This document shows positions 18,992 to 27,914 of a DNA stretch of 64,000 nucleotides, piece by piece. Source of the DNA: Bacteroidales bacterium. GTDB taxonomy: Bacteria; Bacteroidota; Bacteroidia; Bacteroidales; UBA932. The translations under genes and the position numbers were made by a program. The stretch lies in contig JBGUJZ010000029.1 of assembly GCA_045114175.1 (NCBI GenBank), forward strand, positions 24,223 to 88,222, given 5' to 3'. Numbering within the stretch: the first letter of the stretch is position 1; each line of letters starts with the position of its first letter. The notes below the pieces were generated by a model, which was given only the letters and a program-made list of their open reading frames with translations, ran no database searches and was not told the origin of the DNA.

Positions 18992-19957
18992 TTATTCAGA
19001 ATAATACATCAGAATTCCCGCCCCATAGAGAGCATGGTTCACCATCCGGTTGGAGTTGTGCCCCACACCGGGAACTTCCACGATGCGCCAGTTGAACGGA
19101 AGGCCCAGGCTGTCCGCCACGCGCTTAGCCCGGTTATAGAAGAAGTGGCCACGCTCAAAGCGGCACCTGCCTTCCGCCATGGAACCGGCATCATCCGGAA
19201 AATAGGAATCCACCGCCCGCGAAGATGCCGTATCAAGCGTTCCCACATGGACGATCATATCCCGGGCGAAATAGGCTGCCAAATGATCCCGGGTAATCAC
19301 ATCGACATCCCGGATGGAGTAAGGGAATCCGAACCAGTTGGTTCCGTCCGTGATGCCGTTCGGATCGGGCACGGTATAATTGCCGGCATTCTGCTCCACC
19401 GCTCTGCGCACGCGCGCGTTCTTCATAAATAAAAGGTACCGGTGCACCCACTGACCGCCGGCTGAATGGCCCGACATATCGTAGGTTTTGCTGACATTGC
19501 CCGTTTTTTCCTTGATATAGGAGAAGATCGGTTCCACAATCTGGTAGGTCCAGGTTTCTTCCGGCTTGGCCTTGTAGGTTACGCTAGAATAGGAAACACC
19601 GCCGAACTGGTAATCGATTGACGGATAGAGTTCAGAAGTAAAATTCGGCGCCACCAGAATGATCTTGCGGTCTTCTGCGATGGACTTCCAGTTCGAAATG
19701 GCAATCCGGCCATTTCTCTCCGCACCATGAAACAGGAAGAGAATGGGAAGTTCTTTTACGTTATCGACGAAGGGGATGTAATAAAAGACTTTTACCGGCT
19801 TGCTCACCAGCGGCTTGTATCCCGTATATACCAAAGAATCATAGCCGAAAGAGAGTTGCATCTCTTTTTTGGGAACTGGCGGCTCATCACCTCCACAACT
19901 CGAGAAAAGAATAGCGGAGAGTCCTAGTAGAAGCAACAACTTACTCGATGATCGCAT
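18992..19957 (-). CDS. Lipoprotein alpha/beta hydrolase (esterase/depolymerase-like), paralog 1
   Basis: 321 aa. Lipobox LSAILFSSCGG. Motifs FLFHGAERNG, nucleophile elbow GHSAGGQWVHRYLL, and later HVGTLD and VGH (putative Ser-Asp-His triad). Confidence 0.72.
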   Translation of the reverse strand: MRSSSKLLLLLGLSAILFSSCGGDEPPVPKKEMQLSFGYDSLVYTGYKPLVSKPVKVFYYIPFVDNVKELPILFLFHGAERNGRIAISNWKSIAEDRKIILVAPNFTSELYPSIDYQFGGVSYSSVTYKAKPEETWTYQIVEPIFSYIKEKTGNVSKTYDMSGHSAGGQWVHRYLLFMKNARVRRAVEQNAGNYTVPDPNGITDGTNWFGFPYSIRDVDVITRDHLAAYFARDMIVHVGTLDTASSRAVDSYFPDDAGSMAEGRCRFERGHFFYNRAKRVADSLGLPFNWRIVEVPGVGHNSNRMVNHALYGAGILMYYSE

Positions 19958-20061
19958 AGAATTGAAATTTGCTTAAACGATTTAGCAACCGAGGCGCAAT
20001 TTAGCACATTCTATTGATATTTGCAAAAAAAAGTGACAAAAAGCCGAGACAGTTCGCTGAA

Positions 20062-21036
20062 TCAGTTCCCGAAAATGAGGCAATATGCCCCGGTCTTCAC
20101 AGGCTTGTCCGCCCGATAGATACGTTTTCCGTTGGCATCCCGGAAAGAGGTACCGTAAACCATACTCCTTCCGCGGTGTCCGACTCCCCCCACAATCGCA
20201 ATATCCCATCTGAAAGGATACTTGTGGGAACGGGCGTATGCCCGCATGTCTTCAAAGTAATTCTTGGCCCTTTCGTGGCGGTTTGCCCCTTCGGCCAGTG
20301 CGACTGCGTCGGTGGGAACATGGGCTCCGGAAGTTTCCGTGTCCATATCGCCCGTATGGACGATCATATAGCGTTTCAGGTAGGCCTTGATGTGACGTTC
20401 GTCATCGAACGGCGTTCCCTTGATCGTGTAAGGCCAAGTGGTCCCCTCTGTATAATCCCGAACGCTTCCGTCATCGGAAAGCCAGGTCCAGGTGCCGGGG
20501 TTTGAAGCAACGGCGATATCCACACGGGCATCCGGTTTGGCCAGCAGATAGCGGTGTACGAACTGACCGCCGGCGGAATGGCCCTGGATACTGTATTTCT
20601 TGACGCGGTTGCCGGTCTCCTTCTGGAAGAAGTCGAACATCGGCTCAATGGCGCTGTAAACCCACTTCTCCTCCGGATTCAATTCCTCACACTTACGAGT
20701 CTTGAAGACATTGCCAAACTGGTACTGGTTCTCGTTATACAACTTTGCGCTAAACTCGGGAGAAAGGATGATAAAACCATCCCGCTCCGCAAACTCCTGC
20801 CAACAGATGATCGGGTTGATGCCCAGACGCTCCGCACCGTGGAACGAAATCAGCACGGGCATGTGGTCCACGTTTCCTGCGGTAGGGATATAGTAGAACA
20901 GCTTGATAGGCTTATCTGCAAGCGGTTCATAGATATAGACAAGCGAATCGAGGCCTCGGTGGAACTGCCCCAAATCCTGAGCCGTTGCCGGAAGCAACAG
21001 CGCCAGAAACGATAAAACCAGAATGAGCCGTTTCAT
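20062..21036 (-). CDS. Secreted alpha/beta hydrolase, paralog 2
   Basis: I trimmed track ORF 20062..21120 to the ATG at 21036 ([20 protein letters not shown]). Motifs ISFHGAERLG, GHSAGGQFVHRYLL, HTGDMD and VGH are collinear with the 18992..19957 product. Confidence 0.72.
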   Translation of the reverse strand: MKRLILVLSFLALLLPATAQDLGQFHRGLDSLVYIYEPLADKPIKLFYYIPTAGNVDHMPVLISFHGAERLGINPIICWQEFAERDGFIILSPEFSAKLYNENQYQFGNVFKTRKCEELNPEEKWVYSAIEPMFDFFQKETGNRVKKYSIQGHSAGGQFVHRYLLAKPDARVDIAVASNPGTWTWLSDDGSVRDYTEGTTWPYTIKGTPFDDERHIKAYLKRYMIVHTGDMDTETSGAHVPTDAVALAEGANRHERAKNYFEDMRAYARSHKYPFRWDIAIVGGVGHRGRSMVYGTSFRDANGKRIYRADKPVKTGAYCLIFGN

Positions 21037-21794
21037 TATCCTCTCGCCTTTGCAATTGCCAGGAAGTCGTCTGCCTTGAGGGCGGCGCCGCCGATCAGGC
21101 CGCCGTCGATGTCGGGGCATGCAAAGAGTTCAGCAGCATTGGAAGGTTTGCAGCTGCCGCCGTAGAGAATGGTGGTTGCCTCAGCCTCGGCAATACCGAA
21201 GCGGTCGGCAAGGAAGTGACGGATGAAAGCGTGGATTTCCTGCGCCTGCTCGGCCGTAGCGGTCACACCGGTACCGATAGCCCACACCGGTTCGTAAGCC
21301 ACGATGATGCGGCGGAACTCTTCCGGAGTCAGGTCAAAGAGGACATCCTGGATCTGGGTGCCCACCACCACGAAGTGCTCGCCGGCATTGCGCTGGTCCA
21401 GGTTCTCGCCCACGCAGTAGATGACATCGAGTCCTTCTGCCAGGGCAAGACGAATCTTCTTGATGAGTTTCTCCGCCGTCTCGCCGTAGTACTGGCGACG
21501 CTCGGAGTGGCCGAGAATCGTGTAGCGGCAACCGGCGCTGCGCAGCATGGCAGCCGAAACTTCTCCCGTATAGGCACCCTTGGGTTCATCGGCACAGTTC
21601 TGTGCAGAGAGGGCGATGGGCGAGCCCTTGAGGGCATCCGCCACCGGTACGAGGTGGGTAAAAGGAGGAGCAACAATCAGTTTGACCCCTGCAGGAATCT
21701 CTGCTTTGCGTTCTACCAACTCTTTGGCCAGGGCCACGCCTTCAGCCACGTTGGTATTCATCTTCCAGTTTCCGGCTACTATCTTCTTTCTCAT
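21036..21794 (-). CDS. tpiA: Triosephosphate isomerase
   Basis: 252 aa. [23 protein letters not shown] and [11 protein letters not shown] are canonical TIM motifs. Confidence 0.96.
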   Translation of the reverse strand: MRKKIVAGNWKMNTNVAEGVALAKELVERKAEIPAGVKLIVAPPFTHLVPVADALKGSPIALSAQNCADEPKGAYTGEVSAAMLRSAGCRYTILGHSERRQYYGETAEKLIKKIRLALAEGLDVIYCVGENLDQRNAGEHFVVVGTQIQDVLFDLTPEEFRRIIVAYEPVWAIGTGVTATAEQAQEIHAFIRHFLADRFGIAEAEATTILYGGSCKPSNAAELFACPDIDGGLIGGAALKADDFLAIAKARG

Positions 21795-21812
21795 GGATAT
21801 ATGTTTTAAATG

Positions 21813-23498
21813 TTAGAAAATCAAAGCGATACCACCGCCGAAGTTGAATCCCGGCTCCACATAGAACGGCACATACTGGTTGCGGTGGTTAAAGAGATTG
21901 CCCAGCTTGCCGTAGAGGGTGAAATGGCGGTTCACCACGTAATCTACCGTCAGGCCGAGATTGTGGATCCACGGGGCGTTCCAGGCGCCGAAGGTGCTGC
22001 CGCTGACGGAACTGCGGAAATCGTAGTCGAGCGATCCGATCAGACGCTCCCGCCAGTTGTAGCGGAAATAGAGCCGTCCGGTCGCAGTCGGCAGCTGGGT
22101 GATGGCAGCCCCGCCGGCCATCGGGAAATAGTGGTAGAAGCGCAATTCGCCACCCGTCGTGACAGTGGAAGATTTCCAGAAGGCATCCAGACCGCCCATC
22201 AGCGTGTTGGCATTCAGGAAGCCCAGTTGAATCTCGGCGGGCGCACCAGTGGTATTGATGACCGGTTCAAAGATGGGGCGTCCGCGCTCCATCACGAATC
22301 CGCCGGTCAGGTTCATCGCGAATCGGCCAAAGACCACGCCCTCCAGGGCGAGGGTGACATCCAGCGGGCGGGAACCCATCAGCATCGGGGTATTGGGCGA
22401 AAGCAGCGGCACCTGGGAAGCCAGGAAACCGTAGCCGTTCATATCGAATCCGCCACCGATGATGGTATGGATCCAGAGTGCGCGGCGCACCACCTCAACG
22501 CGGGCATCCACATCGGGGAAGACGCTGCTCAACGCATTCAGGTTGTTGCCGTCCGGCGCCTTGGCCGCCTGGCTTTCCTGCAGGCCGAAGCGGTTGCCGA
22601 ACTTCACGCCAAACCGCCCTTCGAAACGGCCGCTGTTATACTCGTAGATGGGCGAGAAGGCCACCACTGCGGTGGTATAATCCTTGGCGCCCGTATAGCT
22701 GGCAAAGCGCAGCGACATGTCAATGTAAATGCGGTGGATATCAAAGGTCGTACCCACCCAGCCATCCAACGAGAAGGCATTTTCACGCACCCCGAGCCGG
22801 TCCGCCATGGCACTGGTCAGGTAGGTGGAGTTGCCGGCGTCGTATTTGAACTTGAAGTCGTAGTAGAGATTGTTCTCATTTTGAGCCGTGGAGCGCAGGC
22901 CTGCCCGTACGCCCAGGTTGCCGTAACCATTGCTGGCGGTCTGCCCGGCGGAAGCCACGCTGTAGCGGCTGTCATAGTTGTAGATTACGCCCAACCCCGC
23001 TTCACCGGTTGCCCAGACGAACTTCATGTGCGCACTGACGTCGTTGTCCGAGTTGTTCAGGGAGAGGTTTCCTCCGCCCCCGCCCACTTCCGGCACACTG
23101 CCAAAGAAGGAGTTATGGTGGAGCGCCAGGTTGAAGTAGGTGCCGCCCTTGGTAGCCTTCTGCAGATGGAGATCCACCAGCGGCGCTACGGGCATCTGGA
23201 GGCCCAAACGTGCGTAAAACAGCGGCAAACGGATGGGATCCAGCGGTTTGATGCGCAGGGCATCGTAGGGGGTGAACTCGTAGAGGTTGGCGTAGGGTTT
23301 CTCAAAAATGGAATAATCGGTGGTATGTCCGAAACGGGCCAGCGTATCGGAGACCTCGAGCGGCAGCACCGGCTTGTGGATTTCGCCCAGCCGGACATCG
23401 TAGGATCGGCTGACCTCAACCGTCGGGTCGAAGCCCTGCGCGCAGAGCGGGCCGGCGATGGCCAGCAACAGTCCCAGTATCATCATCGCTCTTTTCAT
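21813..23498 (-). CDS. Outer-membrane beta-barrel protein (putative porin), function unknown
   Basis: 561 aa. Signal peptide MKRAMMILGLLLAIAGPLCAQG, alternating aromatic/Gly-rich beta-strand pattern, C-terminal IALIF. ATGA overlap with the upstream TPR gene. Confidence 0.7.
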   Translation of the reverse strand: MKRAMMILGLLLAIAGPLCAQGFDPTVEVSRSYDVRLGEIHKPVLPLEVSDTLARFGHTTDYSIFEKPYANLYEFTPYDALRIKPLDPIRLPLFYARLGLQMPVAPLVDLHLQKATKGGTYFNLALHHNSFFGSVPEVGGGGGNLSLNNSDNDVSAHMKFVWATGEAGLGVIYNYDSRYSVASAGQTASNGYGNLGVRAGLRSTAQNENNLYYDFKFKYDAGNSTYLTSAMADRLGVRENAFSLDGWVGTTFDIHRIYIDMSLRFASYTGAKDYTTAVVAFSPIYEYNSGRFEGRFGVKFGNRFGLQESQAAKAPDGNNLNALSSVFPDVDARVEVVRRALWIHTIIGGGFDMNGYGFLASQVPLLSPNTPMLMGSRPLDVTLALEGVVFGRFAMNLTGGFVMERGRPIFEPVINTTGAPAEIQLGFLNANTLMGGLDAFWKSSTVTTGGELRFYHYFPMAGGAAITQLPTATGRLYFRYNWRERLIGSLDYDFRSSVSGSTFGAWNAPWIHNLGLTVDYVVNRHFTLYGKLGNLFNHRNQYVPFYVEPGFNFGGGIALIF

Positions 23499-26400
23499 CC
23501 CTTCACCTCCTGTTTGATCAGTTTTTCAATGCGGTCGCGGACCTGATCCAGCACATCGTCGTCATCCCCGGTGGGGGTATAGCCGTCGAGCACGCTCCGC
23601 CAGGTAGCCTCCGCCTGTTCTATGTCTTCACGGGCCGCAAACGCATCGCCCAGAATGATAAAACTCTTGGCCAGCCAGTAGAGCTGGGATGTGCCGGAAT
23701 CGGAGAAGGCATAGACGCGGTTCTCCACCTCCACGAAGTCGCCGGCATTGTAGGCATCCAGCACCTGCAGGTAGTTGGCCTCGGCGCCGTAAGCATCCGA
23801 AGCATCGGTAGCCAGGGCCTCCAGCAGCGGTTTGGCCTGCATGCGGTCGCCCTTCACCCGATAGCTCTTGGCCAGCGTGTAACGGGTCTCGCGCTGCGCA
23901 GCCTCGGGCAGGGTTTCATCCTCAAGCAGCATCTGGCCATCCTTGATGGCATCGTCGTATTTCTTGGAGCAGAAGTACGCCCGCATCCGGCCGAGCCGGG
24001 CATTCTGGCGCAGGTGGTCGTTCTCCGTATTGGCTATCAATGCACTGTAGGCCGCAGCGGCACGGCTGTAGCGCTCCAGCTCCATGGAAATCTTGGCATA
24101 AGCAACATTGGCCGCTTCCGTGATCTCTTTGTTGTCCCCGCGCTTCATCACCTTCAGGTAGGCATCCGTCGCGGCCTCCTTGCGGTTGGTGGCGCGCAGC
24201 GATTCGGCCAGCAGGAACCAGGCCTTGGTGGTATAAGGACCATCCGGATAGGTGGCCAGGAAGGACTGCAGGGCCGACATGGCCGAAGTGTGGCGCCCAT
24301 TCTGATGCAGCTGTTCTGCCGATGCAAAGAGCATCTGCTCGCGCTCATCGTCGCTCTTGATGTTGGACATGCCGATTTCATCCAGCCAGGAGAGGAAGAC
24401 CTCCGGCTTGTTCAGGGTCTGATAGATGCTCTCCATACCGGAGATGGCATCCTGGGCCTCCTGCGTACGCGGGCATTCGGAAACCACCGTCTTGTAGTAA
24501 TCGATGGCCTTGTCGAACTTGCCGGCGTTGGAGTTGATCATAGCCAGCTCCAGCAGCGACTTGGCATAGAAGGAGCTGTCTGTCTTCATGCCGAGCAGCG
24601 TATAGAAGCACTCGCTGGCATCCTCATTCTCACCGCGTTGCACATAGGTGCGGCCCAGCTCGAAGAGGGCCTGCGGATAGAGGGTGGCGTTGCGGTGGCG
24701 GCGGATCACACTGCGCAGAATGGCAATCTTCTTGGCATCATTGCCCGTTAGGCCATAGGCCACGGCGCTCTGGTAAGCCGGATAGATATCGCTGGAGGTG
24801 CTGTATTTGGTGTAAACCGATTCATAGGCCCCGGCCGCAGCGGCATAGTTGTTCTGCATGTAATAGGAATCGCCCAACCGGATGCGGGCATCGCGGTCAA
24901 AGAGCTGGGATTCCGGGGTCTCGAGATACTCTGCAAAACGCTTCTGCGCATCCGCGAACTTGCCGGCCTTGAAGTGGCAGTATGCCAGGTTGTAGAGGCT
25001 CAAGCCACCTTGTTGGGTCCGGCGGAAATCCGCACGGTCCAGCAACTGCGAATAGATGTTCGCCGCATCCTGGAAACGGCCGTTGCGATAGAAGCACTCC
25101 GCCATCCAGTAGGAGGCCTGGTTGCCCAGGGCGGCATCGTACTTGGAGTTGGCGAGCGAGGTCTCGAGCATCGGAATGGCGGACCGGTAGGCGCCCGCCT
25201 GAATGTGCTGCATCGCGCGCAGGTAGGAGGCGCGCTGCAGGTTGACCATCGTCTCAGAGTCTTTCTTGCTCACTTTGCCCAGCGCCTCCACGGCCGAACC
25301 GTAATCCTTGGCGCGCAGATAGGAGGCGGCGATATAGTTGTTGATGATATCGTCGCGACCGCTCTTGGGATAGCGCTGCATGTATTGGTCGAACTGCGAA
25401 ATGTCCGCATTGACATCGAAGGAAAGCTTGGCATAGTTGAAGAGCGCATCTTCCTGGATGACAGGATCAAAGTCGAGCGTAGCGGCCGACTGGAACGCGG
25501 TCATCGCGGCAATCTGGTTGCGCTGGTTCAAGTAACAGTTGGCCAGATGGTACCAAGCATTCTGCGAGAGGGAATCCGGCGCGGTAACCACCTTCTCAAA
25601 CGATTCGGCGGCAGCCTTGTAGGACTTGAGGTCGTACGAAAGGATGCCCGAGAAGTAATAGTCCTTGCGGGAGAGCTTCGCGCCCGAGTTGCGGTAAACC
25701 TCCAGGTAGTGGCTCGCCTCCTCGTTTCGGTTCAGCGCGAAGAGCGCCTCGGCCACGATGCGTGCCAGGTTCGGCTTCAGGTCCGCCCCCACTTCATCAA
25801 TGATGGTCGGCCCCACCTCGGCCACATAGGCGTTGTCGCCCCGCATGAACTTGGACTCCACGCAGTAGTAGGTGGACATCACGCGGAAGCGCGAATCGCC
25901 CGCCGCCTGGCGGAAGAGGTCGAAGGCCGCATCAAACTCCTTGTCCATATAGCGGACATAGGCCAGATAGTAGATGCTCGGGTAGGTATAGATGGAGAGC
26001 GGCTCCTTGATGATGCTTTCGTAGCCCTTGGCGGCCTTGTCGTTGTGGCCGGTCCGCATGTCGCAGAAGGAGCGCTTGAATTCGAATTCGGTGCGCCAGT
26101 CACTGTAGAGATAGCGCTTGTTGATGTCCTCAAAGTATTCGTGGGCCTTTTCGTACTCCCCGCGGTCAAAGTAGCGGGAAGCGAGCGCATAGCGGACCAT
26201 CGAGAGCTCGGGGGCGGTGGGATAGTTCAGCGCGAAGACCTTCACCATCCACTCCGCATTCACGCGATCCATGGCGATGGCGCAGAGCACGCGGTAGGCC
26301 TCCAGCTCGGAGCGGCGCAGCGCATAGGTATCGCCGATTGCCACGGCCAGCTCGTTAAACGCCTGTTCCGCAGCCGCATACGCGCCGCTGTTGTAGAGCA

Positions 26401-26518
26401 TGCGCGCCGACTCGAGCCGCTCCCGGAATTCCGCTCCGTCAGGTTCGCCCGCACGGAGGGGCGCTGCTGCCAGCAACAGCAGGAAAAGCGGAAGGAGATA
26501 TCTCTGAAGGCGCTTCAT
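23495..26518 (-). CDS. Large secreted tetratricopeptide-repeat protein
   Basis: I trimmed track ORF 23495..26665 to the ATG at 26518 (MKRLQRYLLPLFLLLLAAAPLRAGE). Many TPR-like A/Y/F-rich 34-aa repeats run through the rest of the ~1007-aa product. Confidence 0.85.
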   Translation of the reverse strand: MKRLQRYLLPLFLLLLAAAPLRAGEPDGAEFRERLESARMLYNSGAYAAAEQAFNELAVAIGDTYALRRSELEAYRVLCAIAMDRVNAEWMVKVFALNYPTAPELSMVRYALASRYFDRGEYEKAHEYFEDINKRYLYSDWRTEFEFKRSFCDMRTGHNDKAAKGYESIIKEPLSIYTYPSIYYLAYVRYMDKEFDAAFDLFRQAAGDSRFRVMSTYYCVESKFMRGDNAYVAEVGPTIIDEVGADLKPNLARIVAEALFALNRNEEASHYLEVYRNSGAKLSRKDYYFSGILSYDLKSYKAAAESFEKVVTAPDSLSQNAWYHLANCYLNQRNQIAAMTAFQSAATLDFDPVIQEDALFNYAKLSFDVNADISQFDQYMQRYPKSGRDDIINNYIAASYLRAKDYGSAVEALGKVSKKDSETMVNLQRASYLRAMQHIQAGAYRSAIPMLETSLANSKYDAALGNQASYWMAECFYRNGRFQDAANIYSQLLDRADFRRTQQGGLSLYNLAYCHFKAGKFADAQKRFAEYLETPESQLFDRDARIRLGDSYYMQNNYAAAAGAYESVYTKYSTSSDIYPAYQSAVAYGLTGNDAKKIAILRSVIRRHRNATLYPQALFELGRTYVQRGENEDASECFYTLLGMKTDSSFYAKSLLELAMINSNAGKFDKAIDYYKTVVSECPRTQEAQDAISGMESIYQTLNKPEVFLSWLDEIGMSNIKSDDEREQMLFASAEQLHQNGRHTSAMSALQSFLATYPDGPYTTKAWFLLAESLRATNRKEAATDAYLKVMKRGDNKEITEAANVAYAKISMELERYSRAAAAYSALIANTENDHLRQNARLGRMRAYFCSKKYDDAIKDGQMLLEDETLPEAAQRETRYTLAKSYRVKGDRMQAKPLLEALATDASDAYGAEANYLQVLDAYNAGDFVEVENRVYAFSDSGTSQLYWLAKSFIILGDAFAAREDIEQAEATWRSVLDGYTPTGDDDDVLDQVRDRIEKLIKQEVKG

Positions 26519-26539
26519 GGTCCGGAATAATCTAAAAAA

Positions 26540-26547
26540 CAAATATA
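26540..26547 (-). promoter_or_regulatory. Candidate -7 box TATATTTG for the TPR/OMP/tpiA transcription unit
   Basis: Perfect TAnnTTTG on the minus strand, 21 nt upstream of the ATG at 26518. Confidence 0.5.
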
Positions 26548-26561
26548 CGAAATTATTTTCG

Positions 26562-26569
26562 TAAATTTG
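26562..26569 (+). promoter_or_regulatory. Candidate -7 box TAAATTTG for ftsE-nth
   Basis: Perfect TAnnTTTG, 19 nt upstream of the ATG at 26589. It sits back-to-back with the minus-strand box. Confidence 0.5.
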
Positions 26570-26588
26570 TGCATCAAACCCGCCGCTT

Positions 26589-27287
26589 ATGGAAAATGCA
26601 AACGCCCCCCAGCCGATTATCGAATTCGAAGAGGTCGATATCTCCAATGGAGAACTGACTGTCATCGAATCGCTTTCCCTTACGGTTCAGGAGGGTGAGT
26701 TCCTCTATATCACCGGCAAAGTGGGCAGCGGCAAGACCTCGATCATCCGCTCGCTAATCGGTGAGAATCCCGTTACGGGCAAACGGGCGGAGGTGGCGGG
26801 ATTCGACCTGCTGCACCTGCGCAAGCGGCAGATTCCCTACCTGCGCCGCGAGATCGGTATCGTCTTCCAGGATTTCCAGCTGCTGATGGACCGCAGCGTG
26901 GAGGAGAACCTCCGGTTCGTGCTGGAGGCCACCGGCTGGCGCAACAAGGCCGCCGTAGATGCCCGCATTGAGGAGGTGCTCCATGCCGTGGGGCTCACCA
27001 ACAAGGCGCACAAAATGCCGCACCAGCTCTCGGGTGGCGAGCAGCAGCGCGTGGCTATTGCCCGAGCGCTCCTCAACCGCCCGCGCATCCTGCTGGCCGA
27101 CGAACCCACCGGCAATCTGGATACCGACACCACCCACAGCATCATGGATCTGCTCTGGTCCATCAATGCCAAAGAGGGCACCGCAGTGCTGATGGTCACC
27201 CATAACCGCACCATTCTCAGCGAGTATCCCAGCAAGGTGCTGGTCTGCGAAGACACGGTCTGCCGCGAGATTTTCCATGAAGAATAA
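26589..27287 (+). CDS. ftsE: Cell-division ABC ATPase FtsE-like
   Basis: 232 aa. Walker A GKVGSGKTS, signature LSGGEQQRVAIARAL, Walker B ILLADEPTGNLD. Size and layout are typical of FtsE. Confidence 0.82.
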   Translation: MENANAPQPIIEFEEVDISNGELTVIESLSLTVQEGEFLYITGKVGSGKTSIIRSLIGENPVTGKRAEVAGFDLLHLRKRQIPYLRREIGIVFQDFQLLMDRSVEENLRFVLEATGWRNKAAVDARIEEVLHAVGLTNKAHKMPHQLSGGEQQRVAIARALLNRPRILLADEPTGNLDTDTTHSIMDLLWSINAKEGTAVLMVTHNRTILSEYPSKVLVCEDTVCREIFHEE

Positions 27288-27909
27288 AAAGTACGCAGCC
27301 ATCCTGGACTGGTTCAGCGAGAACCGGCCCATTGCGGAGAGCGAACTACGCTTTCGCAACCCCTATGAACTGCTGGTCTGCGTAATGCTCTCCGCCCAGT
27401 GCACCGACAAACGGATCAACCTGGTCACCCCTGCCCTCTTCGAGCGGTTTCCTTCGCCTGAATCGATGGCTGAGGCCTCTGTAGAGGAGATTTTGGGTTA
27501 TATCAAATCGGTCTCCTACCCCAACAGCAAAGCCGCGCACCTCAAGGGGATGGCGGAGAAACTGGTGGCGGATTTCGGAGGCTGCGTGCCGGACGACCGG
27601 GAAGCGCTCCAGACCCTGCCTGGCGTGGGACGGAAGACCGCCAACGTGGTCACTTCGGTACTCTGGGATGCACCGGTCATTGCCGTGGATACCCACGTCT
27701 TCCGTGTGGCACGGCGGCTCGGGCTTTCCAAGGGCAAGGATGTTCGCGCAGTGGAAGAAGATTTGACGGCGGGCATCCCGCCGGAGATCCGCCCCAAGGC
27801 GCACCACTGGTTGCTGCTGCACGGCCGCTACATCTGCACCGCCCAGCGGCCCAAATGCACAGAGTGTGGTCTCACACCCTGGTGCGAGACTTTCCGAAAG
27901 GAGAAATAA
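27277..27909 (+). CDS. nth: Endonuclease III
   Basis: 210 aa. HhH-GPD motif LPGVGRKTANVV and C-terminal 4Fe-4S cluster C-x6-C-x2-C-x5-C (CTAQRPKCTECGLTPWC). Confidence 0.93.
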   Translation: MKNKKYAAILDWFSENRPIAESELRFRNPYELLVCVMLSAQCTDKRINLVTPALFERFPSPESMAEASVEEILGYIKSVSYPNSKAAHLKGMAEKLVADFGGCVPDDREALQTLPGVGRKTANVVTSVLWDAPVIAVDTHVFRVARRLGLSKGKDVRAVEEDLTAGIPPEIRPKAHHWLLLHGRYICTAQRPKCTECGLTPWCETFRKEK

Positions 27910-27914
27910 CGGAT

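Noticed and set aside
19980-20006. Direct repeat ATTTAGCA twice, 19 nt apart, upstream of the hydrolase gene
   Set aside because: An 8-mer occurring twice in an AT-rich intergenic region is not statistically compelling. On the minus strand the copies are only near-matches to the -7 box (TAAATTGC, TAAATCGT).
21810-23546. 578-aa + strand ORF
   Set aside because: It is antisense to the beta-barrel OMP gene (signal peptide, C-terminal F). It has no recognisable domain.
24974-26530. 518-aa + strand ORF
   Set aside because: It is antisense to the TPR protein gene. The minus-strand reading has a signal peptide and a regular TPR periodicity.
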